This document shows, in pieces, positions 1 through 10,344 of a DNA stretch of 64,000 bases. Numbering within the stretch: position 1 is the first letter of the stretch; the number at the start of each line of letters is the position of its first letter. A program made the translations under genes and the position numbers. The notes under the pieces were generated by a model. It did no database searches. It was not told the DNA's origin and saw only the letters and a program-made list of their open reading frames with translations. This DNA is from an uncultured bacterium (GTDB taxonomy: Bacteria; Babelota; Babeliae; Babelales; Vermiphilaceae): positions 288,001 to 352,000 of the forward strand of contig OY970172.1 of assembly GCA_963707655.1 (NCBI GenBank). Reading direction: 5' to 3'.

Positions 1-255
1 GGCGTTTTTTTCGTTATTAAGAGCAATTTGAGTATCATGTAGCAGCTCCTCTGCGCGTTTTTTAGCCATTTGAAAATCAATTGCGCCGCCCTTGTTCATA
101 AACAGCTTTATCAAACTCGTAAATTCTTGGTGCAATGTTATCCAAGTGCGTGCAGCGTGCTCTGATATTGTTACTTTCGCTGTATCCATCGCTAAACTTT
201 GATGAAATGAAGGTGCTGTTGCCATTAAAAATAAAAGAAATATTTTAATTTTCAT
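1..255 (-). CDS. Secreted hypothetical protein, partial (runs off window start)
   Basis: Manual translation from ATG at 255: MKIKIFLLFLMATAPSFHQSLA-MDTAKV..., a Sec-type signal; frame open to the window edge. Confidence 0.6.
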   Translation of the reverse strand, partial: MKIKIFLLFLMATAPSFHQSLAMDTAKVTISEHAARTWITLHQEFTSLIKLFMNKGGAIDFQMAKKRAEELLHDTQIALNNEKNA

Positions 256-354
256 TGGTAGGGGTTCCAATTGGTTTTAAAATTGCGATTCATAGTAGCC
301 GTATCATGATTAAAGGAGATTCATATAGTGTTTGGTGAAAAAATATTATTTTTA

Positions 355-1281
355 TTATGGCAGCGGTAAGGCAGTTTTTCTTTTGTTGAGGGGGAGTAAT
401 CCCGCTTCATCAAACACAATAAGTGGCTGTATGCCATGCGCTTGGGCCCGTTGGTAGGCAATTGTATAGAGTGTGTAATAAAAAGAGCCGCGCGCTTTTT
501 CAAGAGCATCCCAAATAAGAATGCTGAGCTCTTGTGCGCCATTCAGGGCAGCCCAATTGCCATCGCTCACCTTAATAAAAAGATTATCGGCGAGGGTGAA
601 TGAACGCATGGTGCACGCGGGAATAGAATCAACAAGATATTCCATAAAGCCGGCACGCATTATTTCTTCTTCATCATTATCAAAAGAGAGTGCGCGTGTT
701 TGATTCAAATATTCAAGCAGGCTTGTGAGTTGCGATCTTACATCAAGCATCGCACCGATAGTAACTGATCGTGCATAGTCGCGCAAGAATATGAGGTGGT
801 TCTCTAGAAAGCGATTTTCAAGAATATTACCTTTTAGCACTTGTTCAAGCGCCGAGTCATAGATAGTGGTTATCGTTTCATGCATGATCAGATTTTTCTC
901 GTGCAACGCGCTCATATGAGCAATGTTATCTGCTGCGTGTGAGCAAGGAATCGGCTTGGAAGCATTGCGTCGGCGATGGGTAATATTCTGCCAGCCGCGC
1001 CATATTTTTTGCAGTGCATCCAGCGTTGTGCGTTGCGCCTCGCGTGTTGCTTGTGAGCGCGCACAGGAAAAATAAAGAATATTAAGAATAATTTGAAGAT
1101 CTGTTTCGGAACTGTGGAGCCATGATTGGCCATCTAAGAGCGGTGTTACCCATTCCTCCGCATACTGTTCATGAGCAGGATTAAGATTGAAAGATAGTGA
1201 GGGATATGAAATCTTTTTTGCAGTTGCGTATGAAGTGAAAGAAAGCACGAGGACTAAAAAATAGATTTCTTTTTTCAACAC
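355..1281 (-). CDS. Secreted hypothetical protein
   Basis: 308-aa ORF with an N-terminal signal-like segment; no recognised family. Confidence 0.7.
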   Translation of the reverse strand: MLKKEIYFLVLVLSFTSYATAKKISYPSLSFNLNPAHEQYAEEWVTPLLDGQSWLHSSETDLQIILNILYFSCARSQATREAQRTTLDALQKIWRGWQNITHRRRNASKPIPCSHAADNIAHMSALHEKNLIMHETITTIYDSALEQVLKGNILENRFLENHLIFLRDYARSVTIGAMLDVRSQLTSLLEYLNQTRALSFDNDEEEIMRAGFMEYLVDSIPACTMRSFTLADNLFIKVSDGNWAALNGAQELSILIWDALEKARGSFYYTLYTIAYQRAQAHGIQPLIVFDEAGLLPLNKRKTALPLP

Positions 1282-1309
1282 GGTTTGTTTCCTTTTTTTT
1301 TAAACAAAC

Positions 1310-1385
1310 TGGTCGGGGCGGCCAGACTCGAACTGGCAGCCCCTCGCTCCCAAAGCGAGTGCGCTACCAATTGCGCCACGCCCCG
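1310..1385 (-). tRNA. tRNA-Pro(TGG)
   Basis: Reverse complement CGGGGCGTGGCGCAATTGGTAGCGCACTCGC-TTTGGGA-GCGAGGGGCTGCCAGTTCGAGTCTGGCCGCCCCGACCA; full cloverleaf, encoded CCA. Confidence 0.97.
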
Positions 1386-1459
1386 AACCGAAATAATTTC
1401 AAGAAATAAAATAAGATAAGTACAAATAATTTATCTGTTTTTTTGACGCATTGCAAGCA

Positions 1460-1954
1460 TCAGTTTTGTTTTTCTATGACTTTTAATGATCCAAATAATA
1501 CTTGGGTGCTTATATCAATCACTGGCGGCTGTGTACTATTGGTGTAAATGTAGTTGCCATTCGTAATTGTGGTGCCATGGGGAAATTCGCTGCGGCCAAA
1601 AATGGTTTGGCTCACAATGCGGGTTGGTATTTCCGGATTGATAAAAAGAGTCGCAGAACCAAAGATTATGTTAAGATATTTTTCTTCTGTATTTGCGCTA
1701 TCTTGTGAAAAATCAAACTGTTTTTCACCAAAAACAACCGTATTTTTTGGCCAATTTTTGTTGCAATTAAATTGTTTTTTGAGAGTGGATGATGAGCCCT
1801 GAAGAATGGTATAGCCCACATAAAATAAGAAGAAAGCAAACAGTATCTTAAGCAAAGGTATGCTTATGCCAAAAAGCGCTTCAAAAAGGAGTACAACACC
1901 CCAGGTGATCAATATAACGGGCCAAATGAGTGAACAGTATGAGAAGAATGGCAT
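1460..1954 (-). CDS. Membrane protein, LiaF/DUF2154-like
   Basis: Two N-terminal TM helices (WPVILI..G) followed by repeated xxFG beta motifs (VVFG, IIFG, TIFG, VLFG). Confidence 0.55.
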   Translation of the reverse strand: MPFFSYCSLIWPVILITWGVVLLFEALFGISIPLLKILFAFFLFYVGYTILQGSSSTLKKQFNCNKNWPKNTVVFGEKQFDFSQDSANTEEKYLNIIFGSATLFINPEIPTRIVSQTIFGRSEFPHGTTITNGNYIYTNSTQPPVIDISTQVLFGSLKVIEKQN

Positions 1955-1969
1955 GAGAGTGGTCCTTGT

Positions 1970-2263
1970 TTAAAATTCGCCGATAAATAATAAAGAGGTA
2001 ATGAAATACCAAAAACCAAATAAAAGCGTACTGCTCACACCGAGCAAATAGAGCGATTTAGGCTGATAGAGGTAAATAAACGGCTCAAGGCTGGCGCTCA
2101 TAAGCAACATGGTCACTATAGTGCGATGAAACGGGATAGCTAAATCTATGATGCCGACCCAATGCAATGCGGTGAGGCCGATAAGCATAATTCCTAATAT
2201 GCCTAATGATATCGTTATCTGAGCGGTTTTTGAGTCGTTGGATATGGTTGGTATGGTATTCAT
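1970..2263 (-). CDS. Small membrane hypothetical protein
   Basis: Start MNTIPT at 2263 overlaps the upstream stop (ATGA); about 3 hydrophobic helices. Confidence 0.6.
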   Translation of the reverse strand: MNTIPTISNDSKTAQITISLGILGIMLIGLTALHWVGIIDLAIPFHRTIVTMLLMSASLEPFIYLYQPKSLYLLGVSSTLLFGFWYFITSLLFIGEF

Positions 2264-2667
2264 ATGCTCACGGAGTAAAAGTAGGAAAGTATCGCATGCA
2301 ATACTACTCCTATAAAAATTGGTAATGTAGGTAGTAGAAAGACAGTTATAACATTTTTTGTTTTCAGATGCAGTATGACATGATTGAGGATGCAAACTAT
2401 TAGCCCTCCAACCATAATGCATGATGCATAGGTCAAGCTGTAGAAATAAGTATAAGAGAGAGCAGCCAGTGTTATAGATCCGCTTAGAATATGGTTATAT
2501 GGAAAAAAACTGCTATTTTCCTCGAAACGCCTGTTAATGGAGAGCCCTACAGGGATAAAAAGTAAAAAGGGATTGCGCATAATAAGGGCGGTAATAACAT
2601 ATGCAAATACGAGAATCCCGTGACCTATTGCATTTGTATGTTTTGGCTTAAATGTTTTTAATTCCAT
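2260..2667 (-). CDS. Membrane hypothetical protein
   Basis: 135-aa hydrophobic ORF, translationally coupled to the downstream ORF. Confidence 0.6.
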   Translation of the reverse strand: MELKTFKPKHTNAIGHGILVFAYVITALIMRNPFLLFIPVGLSINRRFEENSSFFPYNHILSGSITLAALSYTYFYSLTYASCIMVGGLIVCILNHVILHLKTKNVITVFLLPTLPIFIGVVLHAILSYFYSVSI

Positions 2668-2707
2668 GATAATTAACCCTGACCCATTTTTCCGAAAGCT
2701 ACGCGGT

Positions 2708-2842
2708 CTGTTCGCCGGAGCTTTATGCGGAGAGGAACAACCTTCGCTTTTTTCTGCAAAGATTTTTATACCTAATATATTTCATTTGCTGGCGTCAGCC
2801 AGACGAAGCTTGCCGAGCCTGAAGGCACGGATAAGCGAAGAC
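2708..2842. repeat. Two copies of the tRNA-associated bulged palindrome family, immediately 3' of tRNA-His
   Basis: Minus strand CCAGTCTTCGC-TTATCCGTGCCTTCAGGCTCGGCAA-GCTTCGTCTGG begins at the tRNA CCA; a second copy CTCTCCGC-ATAAA-GCTCCGGCG lies at about 2708-2740. Confidence 0.75.
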
Positions 2843-2919
2843 TGGGGTGAATGATGGGAATCGAACCCACGGCCACCAGAGCCACAACCTGGCGCTCTAC
2901 CAACTGAGCTACATTCACC
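2843..2919 (-). tRNA. tRNA-His(GTG)
   Basis: Reverse complement GGTGAATGTAGCTCAGTTGGTAGAGCGCCAGG-TTGTGGC-TCTGGTGGCCGTGGGTTCGATTCCCATCATTCACCCCA, with G-1 and CCA. Confidence 0.97.
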
Positions 2920-3109
2920 ATAACTGATTTGATTGATCTCTAGTATAGAGCTTTTCGGGTAAAAATCAAAGAGATTGTGTGACTTATCTTTATACAGAGG
3001 GGTGGGGGTTCACAAAATTCAATTTTTATGCTATGTTTTCCTATATTCAATAATGCAATTTGAAATTTGATGCTATTTTCTCTGAAAAGCCATGATAGGG
3101 GGTTGAAAA

Positions 3110-5686
3110 ATGGAAAAAATAAGAGCACAGGATCGCATAACCATTGTTGGTGCCCGTGAGCACAATCTTAAGAATGTGACGGTTAGTCTGCCAAAAAACT
3201 CTTTAACGGTCATTACCGGGCCTTCCGGATCAGGTAAAAGCTCGTTGGCGCTTGATATTCTCTATACAGAGGGTAAGCGTCGGTATATGGAGTCACTTTC
3301 TTCCTACGCCCGTCAATTCTTGGGCATAGTCAAAAAACCTGAAGTTGATCGTATTGATGGCTTGTGTCCTTCAATTGCTATTGAACAAAAAACAGTCAGT
3401 GCCAATCCCCGCTCCACGGTGGGTACCATAACAGAGATTTATGACTATATGCGCGTGTTATATGCCCGGATTGGTCATGTATCGTGCCCTGATTGCTTTA
3501 TTCCAATCAAAGCCGAATCAGCTGAAAAAATCACCTCTATGCTTTTGGATAAGTTTGAAGATAGCCTTATAACAATAGCAGCCCCCTTGGCAGTAGAAAA
3601 AAAAGGGGAATTTCTTAATGTATTAACAGATCTTTTCAATCAGGGATATTATCGTTTTCGTATCGATGGTACTAATCACCGCTTTAGATCTGTTGATGAA
3701 ATCAATGGCTTAAAGCTTTCTAAGAATTATAAACATACTATCGATTTAATGGTCGATGCGCTTGATGTTGTTTCACATGAGCGTGCTCGTTTGCAAGAAG
3801 CGGTCGAAAGAGCATTTAAGCTTGCCGATGGCACGTGTAAAGTAATTGTAGGGCATGAGGAGTATCTTTATTCTTCAAAGCGTATGTGTTTGCAGTGCAC
3901 CGCTTCAATTCCTGAAGTTGAGCCGCGCTCTTTTTCATTCAACTCTCCTATTGGTGCTTGTACCGAGTGTCATGGCTTGGGAATTTTACATGAATGGCCA
4001 TGGGATGCAGATGACCCTGAGGCCTGGAAATCAAAATATCCTGATTTTTTTGGCAAATATGCTCAGGAAAAAAGCTGCGGTAGCTGTTATGGCAAGCGTT
4101 TAAACAAATATGTATTGGCAATAACAGTAGCTGATAAAGATATTTATGAAGTGGGTAATTTATCGGTAAAAGAGGCATTGCTGTTTTTTGCCACTCTTAA
4201 GCTTTCTCCAACAGAAAAAGAGATTGCTCAGGGGCTCATTGCCGAGATTGTAAATCGCCTTACCTTCTTAAAGGATGTTGGTCTTGGGTACCTTACTATT
4301 AACCGCTCGTCGCGCACACTGTCAGGCGGCGAGGGGCAGCGGATTCGTCTTGCTACGCAGATAGGATCAGCATTAAGTGGTGTGTTATATGTGCTTGATG
4401 AGCCAAGTATTGGGCTGCATCAGCGGGACAATGATCGCTTAATAGAGACCTTAAAAAAACTGCGTGACCAGGGTAATACCGTGGTGGTAGTTGAGCATGA
4501 TATGGAGACCATAGAGCAGGCAGATTATTTAATTGATATGGGTCCGGCGGCCGGCGTTTTGGGTGGCCAGATAACGGCTGTAGGAACACCGGTGGCGGTA
4601 GCCGCAAAGCCAGACTCTTTAACCGGTGCATTTCTGAGTGGTAGACGCTCTATAGCGGTGCCAAAAACAGTCCGAAAGGCACAAGGGTATCTCACCCTCA
4701 AACATGCGCGTAAAAACAATCTGAAAGATCTCACGGTAAAATTTCCTCTGGGAGTATTATGCGGGATTTCAGGAGTATCGGGCTCGGGCAAAAGTACTTT
4801 GATCATGCAAGAGTTGGTTCCTGCCCTGCAACGTGAAGTGGGCAGCAGAAAACCGAGCCAAAATACCGACCTGGTAGGGGCAGAATCTTTAGATCACACA
4901 GTAATTATTGATCAGACCGCCATCGGCAGAACACCACGATCAAATCCTGCTACGTACCTGGGTATTTTTGACGATATTCGTAAATTATTTGCGGCCTTGC
5001 CTGAAAGCGCGGCGCGTGGCTATAAAGTGGGCCGCTTTAGCTTTAATGTGAGTGAAGGGCGCTGTTTTGAATGTTCCGGTGATGGAACCATTACGGTAAC
5101 CATGCATTTTCTGCCCGAAGTGACTATGATATGCAAATCATGCAATGGGCAACGTTATAACCGAGAAACATTGCAAGTGACCTATAAAGGTAAAAATATT
5201 GCACAGGTTCTTGAAATGACCGCGTATGAAGCACTCACGTTCTTTAATGCGCATGCGCAGATTGGCAAACGGCTTGCTTTGTTATGTGACGTTGGTCTTG
5301 ATTATGTAAAATTGGGACAGGCATCAACTACGTTGTCAGGCGGTGAAGCTCAGCGCATTAAGCTTGTTGACGAGCTGGCAAAGCGCGGCAATAAAACCAT
5401 GTATATTCTTGACGAGCCAACGACCGGCTTGCATACCAGCGACATAGAAAAGCTGCTCAAAGTGCTTAATACCCTTATCGATAAAGGCAATTCTATGATT
5501 GTTATCGAACATAACCTTGATGTGCTCAAAACCGTTGATCATATTATTGATATGGGACCAGAAGGGGGCGATGGCGGTGGTACGGTAGTCGCACAAGGCA
5601 CGCCGGCCCAAGTAGCTCAAGCCAAAGAAAGTCATACCGGAAAATATCTTAAAAAAATGCTCGCATCTCATAAAGAGCGGTTATAA
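3110..5686 (+). CDS. uvrA: Excinuclease ABC subunit A
   Basis: GAREHNLKN; two Walker A motifs (GPSGSGKSS, GVSGSGKST); two LSGGE signatures; RRYMESLSSYARQFL; Zn fingers. Confidence 0.98.
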   Translation: MEKIRAQDRITIVGAREHNLKNVTVSLPKNSLTVITGPSGSGKSSLALDILYTEGKRRYMESLSSYARQFLGIVKKPEVDRIDGLCPSIAIEQKTVSANPRSTVGTITEIYDYMRVLYARIGHVSCPDCFIPIKAESAEKITSMLLDKFEDSLITIAAPLAVEKKGEFLNVLTDLFNQGYYRFRIDGTNHRFRSVDEINGLKLSKNYKHTIDLMVDALDVVSHERARLQEAVERAFKLADGTCKVIVGHEEYLYSSKRMCLQCTASIPEVEPRSFSFNSPIGACTECHGLGILHEWPWDADDPEAWKSKYPDFFGKYAQEKSCGSCYGKRLNKYVLAITVADKDIYEVGNLSVKEALLFFATLKLSPTEKEIAQGLIAEIVNRLTFLKDVGLGYLTINRSSRTLSGGEGQRIRLATQIGSALSGVLYVLDEPSIGLHQRDNDRLIETLKKLRDQGNTVVVVEHDMETIEQADYLIDMGPAAGVLGGQITAVGTPVAVAAKPDSLTGAFLSGRRSIAVPKTVRKAQGYLTLKHARKNNLKDLTVKFPLGVLCGISGVSGSGKSTLIMQELVPALQREVGSRKPSQNTDLVGAESLDHTVIIDQTAIGRTPRSNPATYLGIFDDIRKLFAALPESAARGYKVGRFSFNVSEGRCFECSGDGTITVTMHFLPEVTMICKSCNGQRYNRETLQVTYKGKNIAQVLEMTAYEALTFFNAHAQIGKRLALLCDVGLDYVKLGQASTTLSGGEAQRIKLVDELAKRGNKTMYILDEPTTGLHTSDIEKLLKVLNTLIDKGNSMIVIEHNLDVLKTVDHIIDMGPEGGDGGGTVVAQGTPAQVAQAKESHTGKYLKKMLASHKERL

Positions 5687-5690
5687 AAGA

Positions 5691-5729
5691 AAAAGGAAGG
5701 CTCCATCAAAATGGGGCCTTCCTTTTTTT
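5691..5729. terminator. Bidirectional intrinsic terminator
   Basis: AAAAGGAAGGCTCCAT-CAAA-ATGGGGCCTTCCTTTTTTT between convergent genes. Confidence 0.8.
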
Positions 5730-5755
5730 GTTCCATGAATTTCAGGTTGTACTCT

Positions 5756-7114
5756 TTAGTCTTCCCATGGTTTCGCGCCGCCATCAATTAATTCTTTGAG
5801 AGCCATACTAACGCGTCCAGGGGAGTTCCTTTTGGTGGTGGCAGCAAAATTCAGTGCTGTTTCGCCGTTACCATTCATTGCATTAACGTCAGCACCACGC
5901 GCCAACAGGCTACGTATAACACCACAATTGCAGTATTGGGCCGCACAATGCAGCAAAGTGTCGCCCGCAATGTTTCGGGCGCGGATGGTCTCTGGGGCAA
6001 TGGCGTTGTGATATCTCTTAAGCAGTGCATTCAAAGCAGCATAATGTTGGCGGAAAAGGCTCATCCGCACGGCGCCATTAATAAAATAGGGGTGCGTACG
6101 TGTTAATTCAAGAATATACTCAGGAGAGCGAAGCTCCCCTTCATCGTCTTCCAAGGAGTATGACACGATATCTATAAGTTGTTCCTCAGGCTCCATCCGC
6201 ATCCATAATTGGGCGTCATCTGTCTGGAGCTTTTTAACAAGTTTATCAACATCGGCTGTAGCAGCATCTTTTTGCAACCATTCGACGCATTCAAAACCAT
6301 CTGTTTGTAAACGTTCAATCGCGCTTTGTGGAGCATTGTGTGGCATTCTCTGAAAAGCAAATGTAAATTCTCGATCTGGTAGCTCTTCCGGCGGTGTATG
6401 TGAGACTAAATACTTGAATAAATTAAGGTTGTTTTTTCTCAGGGCCCAATACAACGGGTGCGTACAATACATCACTCCCTGATCTTCTTTTGGTTCATAA
6501 GTCACCGGAGTATCGATGTCAGCACCATATGCGTGTAATATTTTAACGGCAGGTAAATTTGCGAAATATAATGCTTCTCCTAGGGGGGTATGGCCATTAC
6601 CATCGATAATTTCTAACTCTGCGCCCTGGTTTATGAGTAGTTTTACTGCCTTATTTAGGATTATTTTTTCAGACGGTTTTTTTGGGTCCGACTGGCCTAT
6701 GTAGTGAAGCGGAGTTGACCCTTTATCGGCGGGTAAGTTAGCATAATCGGCGATGGTGGCAATGCCATGCATTGTATTAATTTTGAACCAGCGTTTCATC
6801 ACGGGCAAATCAAGGTGCTGCGCCGCGCGATGCAACACACTTGCGCGTTCAGGGGCATCATGAGGATGCGGTGCTTGTAGCAAATGGCGTTGAGCGCTAA
6901 AGTCATGACAGTACTCAGACACCGCTTTCATCTTGTCGACACAATGCTTAGGGGTTAGATTACCCTCGGCAATATAGTTGATGAGACTGCGCGTGGCGAT
7001 CGCCGTTAATGGCGGAACAATGTACGGTTGTTGTATGTCTGGGTTTCGCTGTTCTTCACCGGCTTGTACGCTAATTGAGCCCAACAGCGTTAAAATAAAT
7101 AAAATACTTTTCAT
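5756..7114 (-). CDS. Secreted ankyrin-repeat protein
   Basis: Signal peptide; ank motifs GSTPLHY, GHTPLGEA, GDTLLHCAA, GETALNFAA. Confidence 0.9.
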   Translation of the reverse strand: MKSILFILTLLGSISVQAGEEQRNPDIQQPYIVPPLTAIATRSLINYIAEGNLTPKHCVDKMKAVSEYCHDFSAQRHLLQAPHPHDAPERASVLHRAAQHLDLPVMKRWFKINTMHGIATIADYANLPADKGSTPLHYIGQSDPKKPSEKIILNKAVKLLINQGAELEIIDGNGHTPLGEALYFANLPAVKILHAYGADIDTPVTYEPKEDQGVMYCTHPLYWALRKNNLNLFKYLVSHTPPEELPDREFTFAFQRMPHNAPQSAIERLQTDGFECVEWLQKDAATADVDKLVKKLQTDDAQLWMRMEPEEQLIDIVSYSLEDDEGELRSPEYILELTRTHPYFINGAVRMSLFRQHYAALNALLKRYHNAIAPETIRARNIAGDTLLHCAAQYCNCGVIRSLLARGADVNAMNGNGETALNFAATTKRNSPGRVSMALKELIDGGAKPWED

Positions 7115-7222
7115 AAAGCCTCTATTTGTAATTGTTTGTGGTCGCGGTAGGTTGAATGCGCGACACCCTCTTAGGCAGGGTCGTTAGTTTTTCTCAGTTT
7201 TATTGGGATTCTTTATTATAAC

Positions 7223-7262
7223 AAAAAAAAGAGAGTGGCGATATAGCGTCACTCTCTTTTTT
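7223..7262. terminator. Intrinsic terminator
   Basis: AAAAAAAAGAGAGTGGCG-ATATAG-CGTCACTCTCTTTTTT. Confidence 0.75.
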
Positions 7263-7282
7263 GTTCGTGTATCGTGGGCTTT

Positions 7283-8605
7283 TTACCGGTTTCTCGAGCG
7301 TAAGGGTCGTCTAGCTTCTATTTCTTCATAAGTTAGGGCTCCTTTAGCGCGTAATATGACACGAGATTCAGCGGCATCAGGACCGGCAACAAGATTTACC
7401 ATGTCAAGGGGGGTTTGTAGCTCATCATTCACCGCGTTAACGGTGGCATTATGGGCCAATAGATATTCTATAGCGTTAATGTCGTCTGCTCCCGCAGCGT
7501 AGTGGAGCGCTGTATTGCCATTTCCATAGTTATTATTGATGTGGTCCGGGTAGGCATCAATCAAAGCGCGGGCGGCGGCATCATTGTGGGATTGAATACT
7601 GGTTGCGATAGCCGGCTCAATGGATTCAGGATGCGATTGGGTCAGTGCAATTATAAATTCAGGAGAGCGGGGGGGTTGGCCATTTTGCGATTGTAGGGCA
7701 AGCTCTATTATATTAAGCGTTACTCCTGTTTGGTGCGCCCATAGTTCCACATCGTGTGGTCGTTGTCCAGTAGGATAGTAATCGTCTTTAACGGGTGCAA
7801 AATTGTTTCTTGCCCATCCCGCAATAATATCCGGTGGTGCATTATTCGGTACCATGACGAGTAAAGGGACGGGGTTTGGGCGTATTTCTACATTGTGTGA
7901 GAGTAAATATTTGAATAACGCAAGATTGTTCTGGATAACCGCATAATGGGCAGGCCAGTAACGGGAGAAGAATTGTCCTTCGCCTACGTTTTGTACTCTG
8001 CGGAACAGGGGAACGTTGAGCTGAGCGCCATGCGTACGCAATGCTTCAATAATGGGCAAGTTCCCAGATGCTATCGCTTCTCCGATTGGAGTGTTGAGAA
8101 AAATATTGGTAGTGTCCACCTGCGCGCCATTTTGTATGAGTAGGCCTACTATTTGATCTATAGTTTGCTGATCGATGTTTATAGCGTTCGACGCACTTAA
8201 ATAGTGGAGCGGTGTATTGCGTGCGTGGTCGCGGATATCACCAAAATCGGGGATCACGAGGACACCATTCATGTTATTTATCGCGATAAGTTTTTTAATC
8301 AAAGGAAGGTTAAGGTCGAGTGCGGCTTTATGCAAAAGAGTTGCTCCTGCCCGCAAATTCCCTGGTATTGGTGCTTCCAATATGTTTTTTCTGGACCAAA
8401 AGTCTACGCGGCTCCAATTGATCTTTTCTAAATTGGCAAGAATATCTCCCTGCATAAGTTGAGTTACGATAGTCTTTGCAAGTATTGTGGTCAGTGCAGG
8501 AAGAGTGCGAGGTTCAGATCTCTGGGCAGGTGTTTGTTCTTCAGCACCATGTAGTTGCATTGCTAGTGCTATGCTGCATAAAAATAAAAAGCCATTCGTA
8601 TTCAT
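7283..8605 (-). CDS. Secreted ankyrin-repeat protein (paralog of 5756-7114)
   Basis: Signal peptide; GATLLHKAA, RNTPLHY, GNTALHYAA; shares RSPE(F/Y)I..LT..HP and PHNAP/PNNAP segments with its neighbour. Confidence 0.9.
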   Translation of the reverse strand: MNTNGFLFLCSIALAMQLHGAEEQTPAQRSEPRTLPALTTILAKTIVTQLMQGDILANLEKINWSRVDFWSRKNILEAPIPGNLRAGATLLHKAALDLNLPLIKKLIAINNMNGVLVIPDFGDIRDHARNTPLHYLSASNAINIDQQTIDQIVGLLIQNGAQVDTTNIFLNTPIGEAIASGNLPIIEALRTHGAQLNVPLFRRVQNVGEGQFFSRYWPAHYAVIQNNLALFKYLLSHNVEIRPNPVPLLVMVPNNAPPDIIAGWARNNFAPVKDDYYPTGQRPHDVELWAHQTGVTLNIIELALQSQNGQPPRSPEFIIALTQSHPESIEPAIATSIQSHNDAAARALIDAYPDHINNNYGNGNTALHYAAGADDINAIEYLLAHNATVNAVNDELQTPLDMVNLVAGPDAAESRVILRAKGALTYEEIEARRPLRSRNR

Positions 8606-10170
8606 AGGATATCCTTTTCTTGTAATTCTTTATAAGTTTTTGCGCCACGGGCAATCAGATCTTTTTTAATGAGTACCAGCTGTCTTCTGGTAGGAGATAG
8701 GGGGTCATATTCGTTTATATGCATTTGCACCATATCAAGGGCCGTTTGATTCATGCTGTTAATGTTATTTAAGGGGATTGCCGCGGTGTTAATGTCATCT
8801 GAGGGGATTCTCAATGTACTCAGATAGGACACACAAGCAAGCACATTATTTTGTATGGCAAGCTGCAAAACGGTATTATTGTTGTCATCGCGTACAGTTG
8901 CTAATGGAGCGCCGACTTCTTGTAATAATTGGATAACATGAAGGGCCCGATTCTCACGATCCGTTTTGTTATTGAGCGTTTGAATAACAAGTGGCGCCAA
9001 TAGTGTTGGTAGTGATGCTTTATGCTGCAGTAAAAAAATAACCATCCCAAGGTTGCCGGCAAGACTTGCCATTTCTAAGAGCGTATGACGACCAGTAACT
9101 GTTGTGAAAATTGCATTGATGTAGGCGGGTTGAGCATTCAAGAGGAAAGCAAGTAACTCATAATTGTTTGCATACAAAGCGAAGTAAATAGCTTGTTTTG
9201 TTAATAATATTTTAGATCTATCATTTTGTGCAGTGTTATTGATAAGAACAACTGTCAAAAGGGGATTTAAAAAATGATTATTTTCTGTAGGTACTGCGGC
9301 AATTTCTAGGAGTGTTCTTTTGTCTTCATCTACAAGAAATAGTCTGTTATCCGCTGGCGGATGAATGTTGTATCGTTCAGGATCACCATCGAACCAGCCC
9401 TCTGCGCGTAAACTGGGTATAATAGCTGTAGCTGGCTCAAGAAAAAGACCGTAGGTTGTCGTTTGATTGAGTGTTGCTCGTGTAGTATGGAGTAAATAGC
9501 CCATTCCTTCAACGTTTGCATCGAGCAGTAATTGAGTTATGAATGGAGTTGAAATCATTCTGTATTCATCGGGACGCCGAACTATGTTCAACGTGGGGTT
9601 GGCCCCATATTCTAAAAAGATATTTGCTGTATTGAAAAGGTGATTCTTAACAGCCCACATAAACGGAGTAAAATCGTTATGATCACGATTATCAATCAAT
9701 GCGCCATTTTGGGTCATGATCCGTACTAATTCTTCTACTTGCGCTTGATTTTTTGGATCATTTAATGATCCATCAAGAGCTAAATAATGTAAGGGAGTCA
9801 AACCCTCTTTATCTTCTTGATTCAAGAGATGGGCGATATCTTCTTCAGAGAACATTTTTTTATGGAAAAGAGTGATTATTTTGTTAAGCGCTTCAGGCTC
9901 TGTTATGAAGTGAAGGATAGTTGCGCCCATGTCGTCTTCTCTGGTAAATATTTTACTTATGACATGCGAATTCAAAGCATTTAAATCGGCCAAATGTTTG
10001 TCCATGTTTGATTGTTCATCGATGAGAAGTGGCGCAATCTTTACAATGAGCACGTCTTCCAACGTGGGAGCAATGAACGGTTTTGCTTTATTATTATCTT
10101 CGGCAGCATATATGCACATTATGCTTATGCTATAGAAGAGCAAAAAAACAACATTATTTTTTTTTGTCAT
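8602..10170 (-). CDS. Secreted ankyrin-repeat protein
   Basis: Signal peptide; GATILHF, GLTPLHY, DFTPFMWA, NQTALDM; C-terminal RGAKTYKE resembles neighbour KGALTYEE; ATGA overlap. Confidence 0.9.
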   Translation of the reverse strand: MTKKNNVVFLLFYSISIMCIYAAEDNNKAKPFIAPTLEDVLIVKIAPLLIDEQSNMDKHLADLNALNSHVISKIFTREDDMGATILHFITEPEALNKIITLFHKKMFSEEDIAHLLNQEDKEGLTPLHYLALDGSLNDPKNQAQVEELVRIMTQNGALIDNRDHNDFTPFMWAVKNHLFNTANIFLEYGANPTLNIVRRPDEYRMISTPFITQLLLDANVEGMGYLLHTTRATLNQTTTYGLFLEPATAIIPSLRAEGWFDGDPERYNIHPPADNRLFLVDEDKRTLLEIAAVPTENNHFLNPLLTVVLINNTAQNDRSKILLTKQAIYFALYANNYELLAFLLNAQPAYINAIFTTVTGRHTLLEMASLAGNLGMVIFLLQHKASLPTLLAPLVIQTLNNKTDRENRALHVIQLLQEVGAPLATVRDDNNNTVLQLAIQNNVLACVSYLSTLRIPSDDINTAAIPLNNINSMNQTALDMVQMHINEYDPLSPTRRQLVLIKKDLIARGAKTYKELQEKDIL

Positions 10171-10344
10171 GACAACGCCTTTTTTTGTCGCATGTGATTA
10201 TACTATTCTCATTCTATCAAAATACTCTATCTGAAATTAATAAAATTGACTAAAGTGATATAAAAAGCCGATTTTTGCTTTGTTTTATTGAACATGATAG
10301 GGTTGCACGGTTGATATGATTAAAGAATTGAAAAGGATAAAACT

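Noticed and set aside
7139..7188. Two small hairpins upstream of the ankyrin gene as a possible riboswitch
   Set aside because: Short stems and no recognisable aptamer motif; not supportable without covariation data
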